Shown piece by piece: positions 8,619-17,624 of a stretch of DNA of 64,000 bases. Source of the DNA: an uncultured delta proteobacterium (GTDB taxonomy: Bacteria; Desulfobacterota; Desulfuromonadia; Desulfuromonadales; BM103); contig CAVQRZ010000022.1 of assembly GCA_963715335.1 (NCBI GenBank), forward strand, positions 1-64,000. The letters run 5' to 3'. A program made the position numbers and the translations under genes. Each line of letters starts with the position of its first letter. Position 1 is the first letter of the stretch. The notes below the pieces were generated by a model that ran no database searches, was not told the DNA's origin, and was given only the letters and a program-made list of their open reading frames with translations.

Positions 8619-10865
8619 GTGCAAATGAATAAGAGCATTGGGGCTGAACGAAGTAAACGGTTGATGAGCACTCTGCCGGGAGATGATGTCCGTCAGATCA
8701 TGTGGCGTTTCAGCGAGCGTTACGATCTGCAGATGGTGGTGCAGTCAACCCGCGGCGTGGCTCGTGGCGTAGTTGCCAACCTGGTGGCCAACGGCGCCCG
8801 CAACACTCACGATTGGACTCCGGAGAAGGCCAGCATTCTCACTGCGTTCGACGAAGCCGGGCTGACTCAAGTATTCATGGACCCGGCCGAAGGCGGTTTT
8901 ATCGAGGGGCCCAAGAATCTTGCCCTGGCGTTGGTTGCCTTCGAACTCGCCTGGGTCGATGGCGGTGCCGCAACCTCTTCCCTGGCCAGTAATCTCGGCC
9001 TCTCGCCGATTCATGAGAAAGGCACTGCCGAGCAACGCAGCAAATACATGCACATGGCAACGCCGCCCCAACCGGGTGAGGATCGCCAGATCAAGCGTGG
9101 CGCTTTCGCTCTTACCGAACCACTGCCCTTCGTCGGCGTCGACACCGGCGTGGTCTCCGGCAAGTTGCGCATCGACTCATGGGAAGAGGGGCAGGAGCCG
9201 CTTCTGCAGGTTGAAAAACGCGGCCGTTTCATCACCAACATGGGGTTTGCCAATTTCGTTACTGCGGCGGTTGACTCTGCTGATGAGCGAATCAAAGGGA
9301 GCTGCATGGTCATTCTTGAAGAAGATGATCCAGGTCTCTATGATCGCGGCGTGCCAACGCAGAAACTGGTCCACCAGCTTTCCTCGACCCGTGACCCGGC
9401 GTTCAACCTGAAGATCTCGGCCGACCGCATTATCGGCGGTTATACGGTTAAGGACGGCGTTATTATCCCCAACTACAGCCACTCGGAAATTATCGAGTCG
9501 GTGTTCCGGCGCACCCGTGTGCCGGTCGGTATCATGAGTTCTGCCAAACTGCTCTCGGCGCCGGAACCGATCATCCGTTACCATCGCCAGCGGTTCCGCG
9601 GTGGTCCATCGATCGCGCCCGGTTCGCCGCGCTTCGATCTCGGCCTGCAGCAGAAGGAAGACTGCCTGCAGCGCCTGGTCGATATCTGGGCTGCCGGTGA
9701 AGCCGGCTCCTCCCTTGGCTTCTACTCCGCTCGTCTGTTCGATGATTTTGATGTGATCGAAAAAGACAAGGAGAAAATTTTTGCCGAGCAGGGCATCAAG
9801 GGGCGAGCCCAGTTGAAGGTCTTCCGCAAGGTTCAGGAGGACGCCCTCGAGTGTCTCACCATGAAAACCCGCCCGGTCGGGGATCGGGACAGTGTGCGTA
9901 TGCAGGAACTGGAGAACGACACCTTGACCCAGTTCATGATCATGGATTCTCTGGCCAATGTCTTTTGCCCTGCCGGCAAGCTCTGGAATACCGGTCACGG
10001 CGCCACCATCCTGCGCGAAGCTGTCAGCCTAATGGGCGGCTACGGCATCACCGAGGATTGCCCCGGCTTCCTCGGCCAGAAGTGGATGGATGCCCAACTC
10101 GAGGCAACCTACGAAGGCCCCGAGGCGGTCCAGCGCCGCCAACTGAGCATCACCATGACCAACGAACTGTTCCTGTTCCAGTTCCGCCAGTGGATCTCCG
10201 AGTTGCGCAACATCGCCAGCACCCATCCCGACTCGGGGGCCTGTACCTTGGCAAGTGCCATGAACCTGTGGTTATGGACCCTGGATTACCTGCAGAAAAC
10301 TGATGATGCCGATGGCAAACCGCTCTGGCACGGCTCGCGTCACGGGGTGGTGTTCCCATTTGCTGATGCCCTCTGCTGGTTGCTCGCCTCGCGCTGCCAG
10401 ATCCTCGATATGCTTGAGCTCGAACGGAAAGGGCCGGAAAACCCGACGGTCGCTGAGGGGCTTGAGGGCTATGTGAATTTCTTCAGCGATCTTTGTCACG
10501 TTCAGGCGGCCCGCGCTGCTGGCGAGGTCGGCCGGATCTGTGCCGAACTGGCATACGGATACCATCCTCATCCCCACTGGGCAGGCGAGTGTGACGAAAC
10601 CTGCTACGATGGAGAATACCTCGACGCCCTCGATACCATCATGCCGGGAATCGCCAGTTACGGCCGCGGTTTCGGTGACACCATCGAGAAAGACGGGACG
10701 CATATCGACAAGGCCGGACCTTGCGCCAAAAGCTGTCGTTCCGGTTTCGTCAAACTGCGCGCCCGGCTCGATGTCTGCATGACCGGCTCACGGCTCTCGA
10801 AAGATCGGGCGGCGGCGGCACTCGCCCAGGTCATGATCCCCGAAGCCCTCGACTATCCGCGCTAA
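8619..10865 (+). CDS. Large acyl-CoA dehydrogenase family protein
   Basis: GAFALTEP, GRFITN, AVSLMGGYG and ATYEGPEAVQ motifs; GGGAG RBS; first gene of an ETF-linked operon. Confidence 0.9.
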   Translation: MQMNKSIGAERSKRLMSTLPGDDVRQIMWRFSERYDLQMVVQSTRGVARGVVANLVANGARNTHDWTPEKASILTAFDEAGLTQVFMDPAEGGFIEGPKNLALALVAFELAWVDGGAATSSLASNLGLSPIHEKGTAEQRSKYMHMATPPQPGEDRQIKRGAFALTEPLPFVGVDTGVVSGKLRIDSWEEGQEPLLQVEKRGRFITNMGFANFVTAAVDSADERIKGSCMVILEEDDPGLYDRGVPTQKLVHQLSSTRDPAFNLKISADRIIGGYTVKDGVIIPNYSHSEIIESVFRRTRVPVGIMSSAKLLSAPEPIIRYHRQRFRGGPSIAPGSPRFDLGLQQKEDCLQRLVDIWAAGEAGSSLGFYSARLFDDFDVIEKDKEKIFAEQGIKGRAQLKVFRKVQEDALECLTMKTRPVGDRDSVRMQELENDTLTQFMIMDSLANVFCPAGKLWNTGHGATILREAVSLMGGYGITEDCPGFLGQKWMDAQLEATYEGPEAVQRRQLSITMTNELFLFQFRQWISELRNIASTHPDSGACTLASAMNLWLWTLDYLQKTDDADGKPLWHGSRHGVVFPFADALCWLLASRCQILDMLELERKGPENPTVAEGLEGYVNFFSDLCHVQAARAAGEVGRICAELAYGYHPHPHWAGECDETCYDGEYLDALDTIMPGIASYGRGFGDTIEKDGTHIDKAGPCAKSCRSGFVKLRARLDVCMTGSRLSKDRAAAALAQVMIPEALDYPR

Positions 10866-10878
10866 CGGGGACGCTGAC

Positions 10879-12717
10879 ATGAACATTGATCGCCAGACCA
10901 TGGAAGTCGATATCGCCTGTGTCGGATTTGGCCCGGCTACGGCCGGTTTCATGCACACGCTCAGCCAGGCAATGACTTCTGAAGACGGAACGGTCCTGCT
11001 CGAAAGCAAGGTCATGCCCGGCATGCCGTTGCAGGTGGTTTGCTACGAACGTGCCGACGACATAGGCTTCGGTGTTTCCGGGGTGGTTACCCGCGGTAAG
11101 GCTTTGCGGGAAAGCTTTCCCGACCTCGACCCGGCACAGATCCCGATGGCTGCGCCGGTCAGTGACGAACAGGTCCTCTACCTCAAAGATCCCCTGGGCA
11201 AAAGCCGCCGCAGCTCGGGCGTGCGCGTGCTCGATCGCCTGTTTGGACTGCTCGGCACCGCTGATCACGCGGTCAAACTCCCCTACATCCCGCCCTTCCT
11301 CTGCAAGAAAAACGGCCTGGTGCTCTCCATCGGCCAGTTTTCCCAGTGGATCGGCAGCCAGTTGATGGGATCGGGACTGGTCCAGGTATGGCCCGGCATG
11401 CCGGTCTCCGAACCGTTACTCGAAGAGGACCGGGTCGTCGGGATCCGTCTGGTTGACCAGGGTGTTGAAGCGGATGGGACTCCAGGGCCTGGCTACATGC
11501 CTGGAATGGACATCCGGGCCGATCTTACCGTGATCGGTGACGGCCCGGTCGGTTCGGTCGGGCAGAAGCTCGACGAGCATTTTGGTCTCCCCGATGGCAA
11601 CCACCAGGACGAGTGGGCCGGTGGCATGAAATTCGTTGTGGAACTGCCCGAGGATTGCACCCTGCAGCCCGGTTTCGTGCTGCACACCCTCGGTTATCCT
11701 GAGCCGGAGATTTTTGGTTTCCTCTACGTCTACCCCGATCGTGTCGCTGCGCTCGGGATCTTCGTCCCTTCCTGGCTCGATAGCCCGATCCGCTCCAGCT
11801 ACCGGCTGCTGCAGTACTGGATGCAACATCCGGCTATCTGGAAACACCTCAAGGGCGGCACCTTGCGCTCCTGGGGCGCCAAGTCGCTACAGGAATCCGG
11901 ACAGCGCGGCGAGCCGGTGTTGGCCGGTGACGGTTTTGCACGGATTGGCGAGGGCTCGGGGAGCACCAACGTACTCACCGGTTCCGGTCTCGACGAGGCC
12001 TGGGCGACCGGTGTCCAGTTGGCTGAAGGGGTCATTGAACTGGCCAGGTCTGGTGAGCCGTTCAGTCGCGCCAACCTGGAGCGCACCTACCTCGGTCGCC
12101 GTCGCAGCAGTTGGGTGGAAACGGATGCCAGGGTCGCCAGGCGCTCCCGTGATGGCTTCACTCGCGGCATGATTCCAGGACTCTTCGGCATGGCCCTCTC
12201 CGGAATGAGCTGCGGGCGCTTCAATGTCGGTGGAGCCTTCCGCCGTCCCTGGGAGCGCATCCCCGCTTTCAAGGATTATTTCCGTGACCAGATTGCCGGG
12301 CAGGAGATCGACAGCATCATCGAAGGTTGCCGTCAACATGGCAAACCGCTTTTTGAGCCGCTGATGGACAAGCTCGGCTGGCCTCCGATTGAATATGATG
12401 GTCAACTGCTGATCTCCCATCAGGATGCCCTGTTGATCGGCGGCAAGGTCCAGGCGGCGCATGGCTATGCTGACCACGTCCGGTTTGTCGATCCGGATGT
12501 TTGCAACAAATGTGAAAGCCAGATCTGCGTGGCAATGTGTTCCGGCCAGGCGATAACCGCCTCTGAAGGGGGCGGCGTACCACAATTCGACCGCGAGAAA
12601 TGCATCCACTGTGGAATCTGTATGTGGAACTGCACGACCGGTCGAACCGGCGAAACCCTGCGCAGCAATGTCAGCTTTACAGCTGGTTCGGGCGGGCTGC
12701 ATTCGGCTGAGAACTAA
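10879..12717 (+). CDS. ETF:quinone oxidoreductase (FixC-like FAD domain fused to FixX-like ferredoxin)
   Basis: DIACVGFGPA FAD loop; RIGEGSG..NVLTGSGLDEA; C-terminal CNKC..QICVAMC and CIHCGICMWNC Fe-S motifs. Confidence 0.88.
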   Translation: MNIDRQTMEVDIACVGFGPATAGFMHTLSQAMTSEDGTVLLESKVMPGMPLQVVCYERADDIGFGVSGVVTRGKALRESFPDLDPAQIPMAAPVSDEQVLYLKDPLGKSRRSSGVRVLDRLFGLLGTADHAVKLPYIPPFLCKKNGLVLSIGQFSQWIGSQLMGSGLVQVWPGMPVSEPLLEEDRVVGIRLVDQGVEADGTPGPGYMPGMDIRADLTVIGDGPVGSVGQKLDEHFGLPDGNHQDEWAGGMKFVVELPEDCTLQPGFVLHTLGYPEPEIFGFLYVYPDRVAALGIFVPSWLDSPIRSSYRLLQYWMQHPAIWKHLKGGTLRSWGAKSLQESGQRGEPVLAGDGFARIGEGSGSTNVLTGSGLDEAWATGVQLAEGVIELARSGEPFSRANLERTYLGRRRSSWVETDARVARRSRDGFTRGMIPGLFGMALSGMSCGRFNVGGAFRRPWERIPAFKDYFRDQIAGQEIDSIIEGCRQHGKPLFEPLMDKLGWPPIEYDGQLLISHQDALLIGGKVQAAHGYADHVRFVDPDVCNKCESQICVAMCSGQAITASEGGGVPQFDREKCIHCGICMWNCTTGRTGETLRSNVSFTAGSGGLHSAEN

Positions 12718-12749
12718 TCAAACCAAGAAAGTCATAGAGGAGTAGAGCG

Positions 12750-13559
12750 ATGAGTGGAGGATTTCATATCGTGGTCTGCGGGAGCCTGGTCCCCGACCCG
12801 CTGCAGACGCTGGAACCGATCGTAGGCCCGAACGGGCCTGCTTTGAAAAATGAAATGATGCTGCCCGCGGTGCTCGACCCCTGGGCCGGTCATGCCCTGT
12901 TCGAGGCCGCCGCACTTGCCAAGCATGTCCCTGGTAGCAGGGTCTGGCTGGTCAGCCTTGGCCCCAAGGCCAAGCTGCAACAGCTGATGATGTCGATCGC
13001 CCAGAAAGTCTCTTTTGAGCTGGTCGCGATTGATGGCTCCGCCGGTGGCTTCACGGACCCCTTCGATGTCGCTGCGGTCCTGGCCGATGCCATCGGCAAG
13101 ATCGATGGCTTGGAGCGCTCCCGGTTGCTGCTGTTCGGTGGCTGCGCGTCAGCCTCCCGAGATTCCGGGGTGACCATGCAAATGGTCGCCGAACGGCTTG
13201 GGATCGTCGACCAGTTTCTGGCCGTCGACAAACTTACCGTGGGCGCTGACGGTAGCATGGAAGTCCTCGAACGGATCGAAGCCGGACGCTACCAGGTCTC
13301 CCGTTGTGAAGGCGCACCGGCCATGCTCGGCTGGGCTACCGGCAACCTTCCTGAACCACCCAATAATCCCCAGGTGGGGATGATGAACATGCGCACCGTT
13401 ATGCCCGCTTTGCAAAAAGCCCAGGCCGTCCAGGTTGGCGTCGGTGGTTTGAATTACGCTGCAGTCGCATTGCCCAAGCACCGCAGGGATACGCGTGTGG
13501 TCAAGGACACTCCGGCAGCAGACATCGCTCAAGAAATTGTTGACTGGCTGAAGGCCTAG
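12750..13559 (+). CDS. etfB: Electron transfer flavoprotein beta subunit (divergent)
   Basis: HIVVCGSLVPD start, LDPWAGHALFEA, GVTMQMVAERLG; sits between ETF-QO and ETF alpha. Confidence 0.82.
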   Translation: MSGGFHIVVCGSLVPDPLQTLEPIVGPNGPALKNEMMLPAVLDPWAGHALFEAAALAKHVPGSRVWLVSLGPKAKLQQLMMSIAQKVSFELVAIDGSAGGFTDPFDVAAVLADAIGKIDGLERSRLLLFGGCASASRDSGVTMQMVAERLGIVDQFLAVDKLTVGADGSMEVLERIEAGRYQVSRCEGAPAMLGWATGNLPEPPNNPQVGMMNMRTVMPALQKAQAVQVGVGGLNYAAVALPKHRRDTRVVKDTPAADIAQEIVDWLKA

Positions 13560-13568
13560 GAGACTGAA

Positions 13569-14600
13569 ATGGATAAGATCTTATTGCTCGCCCACACCCA
13601 GGATGACGGTTCGCTGCCGAAGGGTGCCTATGAATCTCTCAATGCGGCATTGAAATTGGCTGCCGGTCTTGGTGGTGCTAACGTCACTGTTGGACTCATC
13701 GGCGGTGAAATCCAGGCTGCGGCTGACAGCCTTGCCGCATGTGGTGCCGCCGGCGTCCTTGCCGTGAGCGGCGAAGATTTCGCTGCTTCGCGCTACTCCT
13801 CGGATGTGGTTGCCGTGACAGCATTGGTCAAGGCCGCCGCGCCGACCCTGGTTCTCGCTCCGACCAGCTCACGCTTCTCCCGCTGTCTGCCGGGCGCGGC
13901 CTACCGTTGCGACGGGCGTATCGAGACCCACATTACCGGTATCGAGGTCGTTGATGGCGCCGTACAGGTGCAGCGCTGGTATTATCGGCAACGTATGGTT
14001 GCCACCCTCTCGCGGGCACAACGTCCCTGGTTCCTGGTGATTGATTCAGGCGTCTTTGAACCATGGCAAGGTGTTGCCGGATCTGCTGATGTGCAAACTC
14101 TCGATGTCGCTGTTGCTGATGGTTGCCGTCGTACCAGGGTGGTTGGTGTGCAAACTCCGGCCAGCGACGCCCAGACGATCCGCCCCGAGGCCAAGTTGCT
14201 GTTCGTTGCCGGTGCCGGATGGACCAAGAAGCAGGCTGACGGCCAGCTGCATATCAAGCAAGCCGAAGAGCTGATCCTCGGCTTCATCAATAACAGCAAT
14301 GCGTCGCTCGGCAGCAGCAAATCTTTAGTCGATCAGTCACACGAGGGGGAGGTGATCAGTTTCATGAGCCATCTCAACCAGGTTGGCCAGACCGGCTCCA
14401 CCCCGCGCCACGCGAAAGGGCTTGCCACCTGCTGCCATGGTGAAGAGCCGCACACGGTTGGCTGGCGTTTTATCAATGAGCGTCGCGCCATCAGCCTCGA
14501 TCCGAACTGCGGCTGGGCACAAGGCAAGGCCGATGTCCTCTATGTGGCCGACGCTTTCGAGGTGATTGCCAAAGCGAACGAGCTGCTTGCCAAGGGCTAA
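13569..14600 (+). CDS. etfA: Electron transfer flavoprotein alpha subunit (divergent)
   Basis: EAKLLFVAGAG, LGSSKSLVD, QVGQTG and ADVLYVADAFEV align by eye to the ETF-alpha C-terminal domain. Confidence 0.85.
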   Translation: MDKILLLAHTQDDGSLPKGAYESLNAALKLAAGLGGANVTVGLIGGEIQAAADSLAACGAAGVLAVSGEDFAASRYSSDVVAVTALVKAAAPTLVLAPTSSRFSRCLPGAAYRCDGRIETHITGIEVVDGAVQVQRWYYRQRMVATLSRAQRPWFLVIDSGVFEPWQGVAGSADVQTLDVAVADGCRRTRVVGVQTPASDAQTIRPEAKLLFVAGAGWTKKQADGQLHIKQAEELILGFINNSNASLGSSKSLVDQSHEGEVISFMSHLNQVGQTGSTPRHAKGLATCCHGEEPHTVGWRFINERRAISLDPNCGWAQGKADVLYVADAFEVIAKANELLAKG

Positions 14601-14883
14601 CGGCTTGCTGTTCCCTCACATTGGAATTTGGGGGCACTCAGGTACAGAAGGCCGCCGATTCGTGTCAGGTTGCCTGCGCAAGACAGAATGTGAGCGGGAG
14701 AGCCCCCGAAGGGGATCTTCCCCCGCCGCTACACATGAGGGGTTCCGGACAGCGGCCTTTTCAGCACTTTTTAGCTCGCTGGAGCGTCTGGCACAATTTG
14801 TGAGGCACTTTGACCTGTCATCCGGACCAGGTTAAAGTTATGAGACTTCCAACAATAATTCACCGGTGATTTAAGGCTTCCCA

Positions 14884-15597
14884 ATGAATAAGAAGACCAT
14901 TCTCCTTGTCGATGATACAAAACTCTTCTTACAGCTTGAAAAAACCTTTCTCCAACGATCAGACATCAATATTGTTACTGCCAGCGACGGTCGTCAAGCC
15001 CTGGAATTAGCGCGCAAACATTCTCCGGACGTGGTTTTTCTAGATCTCAATATGCCGGTCATGGACGGTGCGGAATGTTGTCGTTGCATGAGAAGCGATT
15101 CAGCACTAAAAAATATCAGAATTGTGATGGTGACCACAGATGGCCGCCCGCAAGACCAACAGCGATGTCGCGAAGCGGGGTGCGACGAAATATTGCTCAA
15201 GCCGATAAATCGGGCTGAATTTGTTGCGACCGCTCAGAGGATGCTGCAGCTGTCGGTCCGGAGTGAACGGTTCGAAGCAAATATCCGAATCCAGTACGGT
15301 CGGGATAATGACAAGTCGTTAAGTGGCTTCAGCGTAGATATTAGTTCAGGGGGGCTCTTTATCAAAACGGACAACCCTCTGCAAGTTGATGAACATTTGA
15401 AGATTGGCTTTACGCTGCAAAGCTCCGGGCGGGTAGTCAATTGCTCTGCACAAGTCGCATGGGTTAATTTACCTTCAAGCCCCGCAAAAACTGCATGGCC
15501 CTCCGGAATGGGGGTCAGGTTTGTTGACTTGTCCCTCGATGATCTTCACGCCATACGCAACTACATCGAAAATAACCAGCTTGAGCCGTCTAGGTAA
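14884..15597 (+). CDS. Response regulator receiver domain fused to a PilZ domain
   Basis: ILLVDD...FLDLNMP...KP receiver; PilZ motifs RSERF (RxxxR) and DISSGG (DxSxxG). Confidence 0.9.
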   Translation: MNKKTILLVDDTKLFLQLEKTFLQRSDINIVTASDGRQALELARKHSPDVVFLDLNMPVMDGAECCRCMRSDSALKNIRIVMVTTDGRPQDQQRCREAGCDEILLKPINRAEFVATAQRMLQLSVRSERFEANIRIQYGRDNDKSLSGFSVDISSGGLFIKTDNPLQVDEHLKIGFTLQSSGRVVNCSAQVAWVNLPSSPAKTAWPSGMGVRFVDLSLDDLHAIRNYIENNQLEPSR

Positions 15598-15689
15598 TAG
15601 GTTAAAGGGACGATCGGCCATATCTCCTCAACAGGATTCTGTTAACCTTGAACAAGTCCATGGCTAAGAAGTAACCAGGGTCGGCCCTC

Positions 15690-17624
15690 ATGCTTCAGCT
15701 GAAAAACGTCATTAAACAGTTCGCAGATCAGGTTGTCCTGGCCGATGTCGACTGGCATGTGCGCCCGACCGACCGGGTCGGCCTGTGCGGTGAGAACGGT
15801 GCAGGCAAGACCACCCTGCTGCGGCTCCTGGCCGGTCAAAGCGAGGTCGATGCCGGTACGGTCCAGCTAGCGAGGGGAACGACTGTCGGGTACCTGCCGC
15901 AGGAGGGGCTGGTGCACTGCGGTCGCAACCTGTTTGCCGAAGTGCGTTCGGCTCTCGCTGAACTCCTGTCCGTAGAGGAAGAGCTCCAGTCGCTCGAGAA
16001 GAAAATCAGTCACGAGACGATGCAGGCAGACCTCGATCGTTACTCCATGCTGCAGGAAATCTTCCGACAGCGGGGCGGCTATACGATGGAAGCGGACATC
16101 GGTCGGGTCCTCAAGGGGCTTGGCTTTGCCGAAGAGGATTGGGCGAAGCCCTGTGAGCATTTTTCCGGTGGCTGGCAGATGCGGATTGCGCTGGCCAAGC
16201 TCCTCCTGCAGAAACCCAATCTGCTGCTCCTCGATGAACCAACCAATCATCTCGACCTGCCTGCCCGGGACTGGCTAGAAAGCTATCTCTCAGCCTATCC
16301 GCACGCCGTTATCCTGGTGTCCCACGATCGCTTCTTCCTCGACCAGGTGGTGACACGCATTGTCGAAATCTGGCACGCCAAATTGACCGACTATCCCGGC
16401 AATTACTCTCGCTACCTTCTGGCCCGGGAAGAGCGGGTGAAGGCCTTGAGAGATGCCAAGGCTCGCCAGGATGAAGAGATCGCCAAAACCGAGGCGTTTA
16501 TCAACAAGTTTCGATTCAACGCCAACAAGGCGGCATTGGTGCAAAGCCGTGTCAAACAGCTGGAAAAGGTCGAGCGTATTGAGCTCCCGCCGGAGCGCAA
16601 GAAGATCGGGTTTTCCTTCCCGGCCCCGCCCAAAGGCGGGAGATTATCGGTCAGCCTTGAGCAGGTGTCGCATGGTTATGGCGATCTCACAGTTCTCGAG
16701 GAGGTCAATCTTGCCGTTGAAAGAGACGAGCGGATTGCCCTGGTTGGAGCCAATGGCGCCGGCAAGTCAACCATGATGAGGCTCCTGGCCGGAGTCGAAG
16801 CCCCGCGGCAAGGAGCTCGCGAAGAGGGGCATAACATGGTGATGGCGTATTTCGCCCAGGACCAGGCTCGCACCCTCGATCCAAAACGATCGGTTCTCGA
16901 GCAGATCACGCAGGCTGCACCGTTTGATATGGTGCCGAAAGTGCGCAATCTGCTCGGCGCTTTTCTGTTTCACGGCGATGATGTCCACAAAAAGGTCGCG
17001 GTCCTCTCGGGTGGAGAGCGGAACCGACTGGCGCTGGCGATCCTGTTGTTGAGACCGGCCAACCTGTTGTTGCTGGACGAACCGACCAACCATCTCGACC
17101 TGGCGTCTAAAGAGGTCCTTTTGCAGGCACTTAGGGGCTACAAGGGCACCATGGTCTTCGTGTCTCACGATCGGTATTTCGTCGACGCACTGGCGAACCG
17201 CGTCGTCGAGGTGGCCAGGCGTCGTGCAACCTCCTACCTTGGCAACTACGCGGATTTTCTGCAGTCAAAGAGCGGCGAGGGTGACCTCAGCCACTCGGCG
17301 TTGAGGGTCGAACAGGCTCAGGCCGGTGAATCAGCGCAGTCTGGCAGGGCCGGGCTGGTTGTTTCGCATGCAGAACGCAAGGCGGTTCGGCGCGAAGAAA
17401 AAAGGCGGCAGAAGGAATTGACCCTGGTTGAGTCGAGGATTGAAGCCCTGGAAACGGAGATTGCCGAGCTGACGGTTGAGATGCAGGACCCGTCGATGGC
17501 TGTTGATCATGCCAGGCTCGGCAAACTGATCGATCAGCATACAGAACTGCAGTCAGAACTGGATGCGTGCATGAGCCTCTGGGAAGATCTCCAGACGTCC
17601 CTTGCCGCGGGGGATGGGCCATGA
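15690..17624 (+). CDS. ABC-F family ATP-binding protein
   Basis: Two ABC domains (GENGAGKTT / FSGGWQMR / LLLDEPTNHLD; GANGAGKST / LSGGERNR), no TM segments, C-terminal coiled coil. Confidence 0.93.
   Translation: MLQLKNVIKQFADQVVLADVDWHVRPTDRVGLCGENGAGKTTLLRLLAGQSEVDAGTVQLARGTTVGYLPQEGLVHCGRNLFAEVRSALAELLSVEEELQSLEKKISHETMQADLDRYSMLQEIFRQRGGYTMEADIGRVLKGLGFAEEDWAKPCEHFSGGWQMRIALAKLLLQKPNLLLLDEPTNHLDLPARDWLESYLSAYPHAVILVSHDRFFLDQVVTRIVEIWHAKLTDYPGNYSRYLLAREERVKALRDAKARQDEEIAKTEAFINKFRFNANKAALVQSRVKQLEKVERIELPPERKKIGFSFPAPPKGGRLSVSLEQVSHGYGDLTVLEEVNLAVERDERIALVGANGAGKSTMMRLLAGVEAPRQGAREEGHNMVMAYFAQDQARTLDPKRSVLEQITQAAPFDMVPKVRNLLGAFLFHGDDVHKKVAVLSGGERNRLALAILLLRPANLLLLDEPTNHLDLASKEVLLQALRGYKGTMVFVSHDRYFVDALANRVVEVARRRATSYLGNYADFLQSKSGEGDLSHSALRVEQAQAGESAQSGRAGLVVSHAERKAVRREEKRRQKELTLVESRIEALETEIAELTVEMQDPSMAVDHARLGKLIDQHTELQSELDACMSLWEDLQTSLAAGDGP

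Noticed and set aside
14789..14803. Sigma54-like site TGGCACAATTTGTGA
   Set aside because: The -12 element lacks GC
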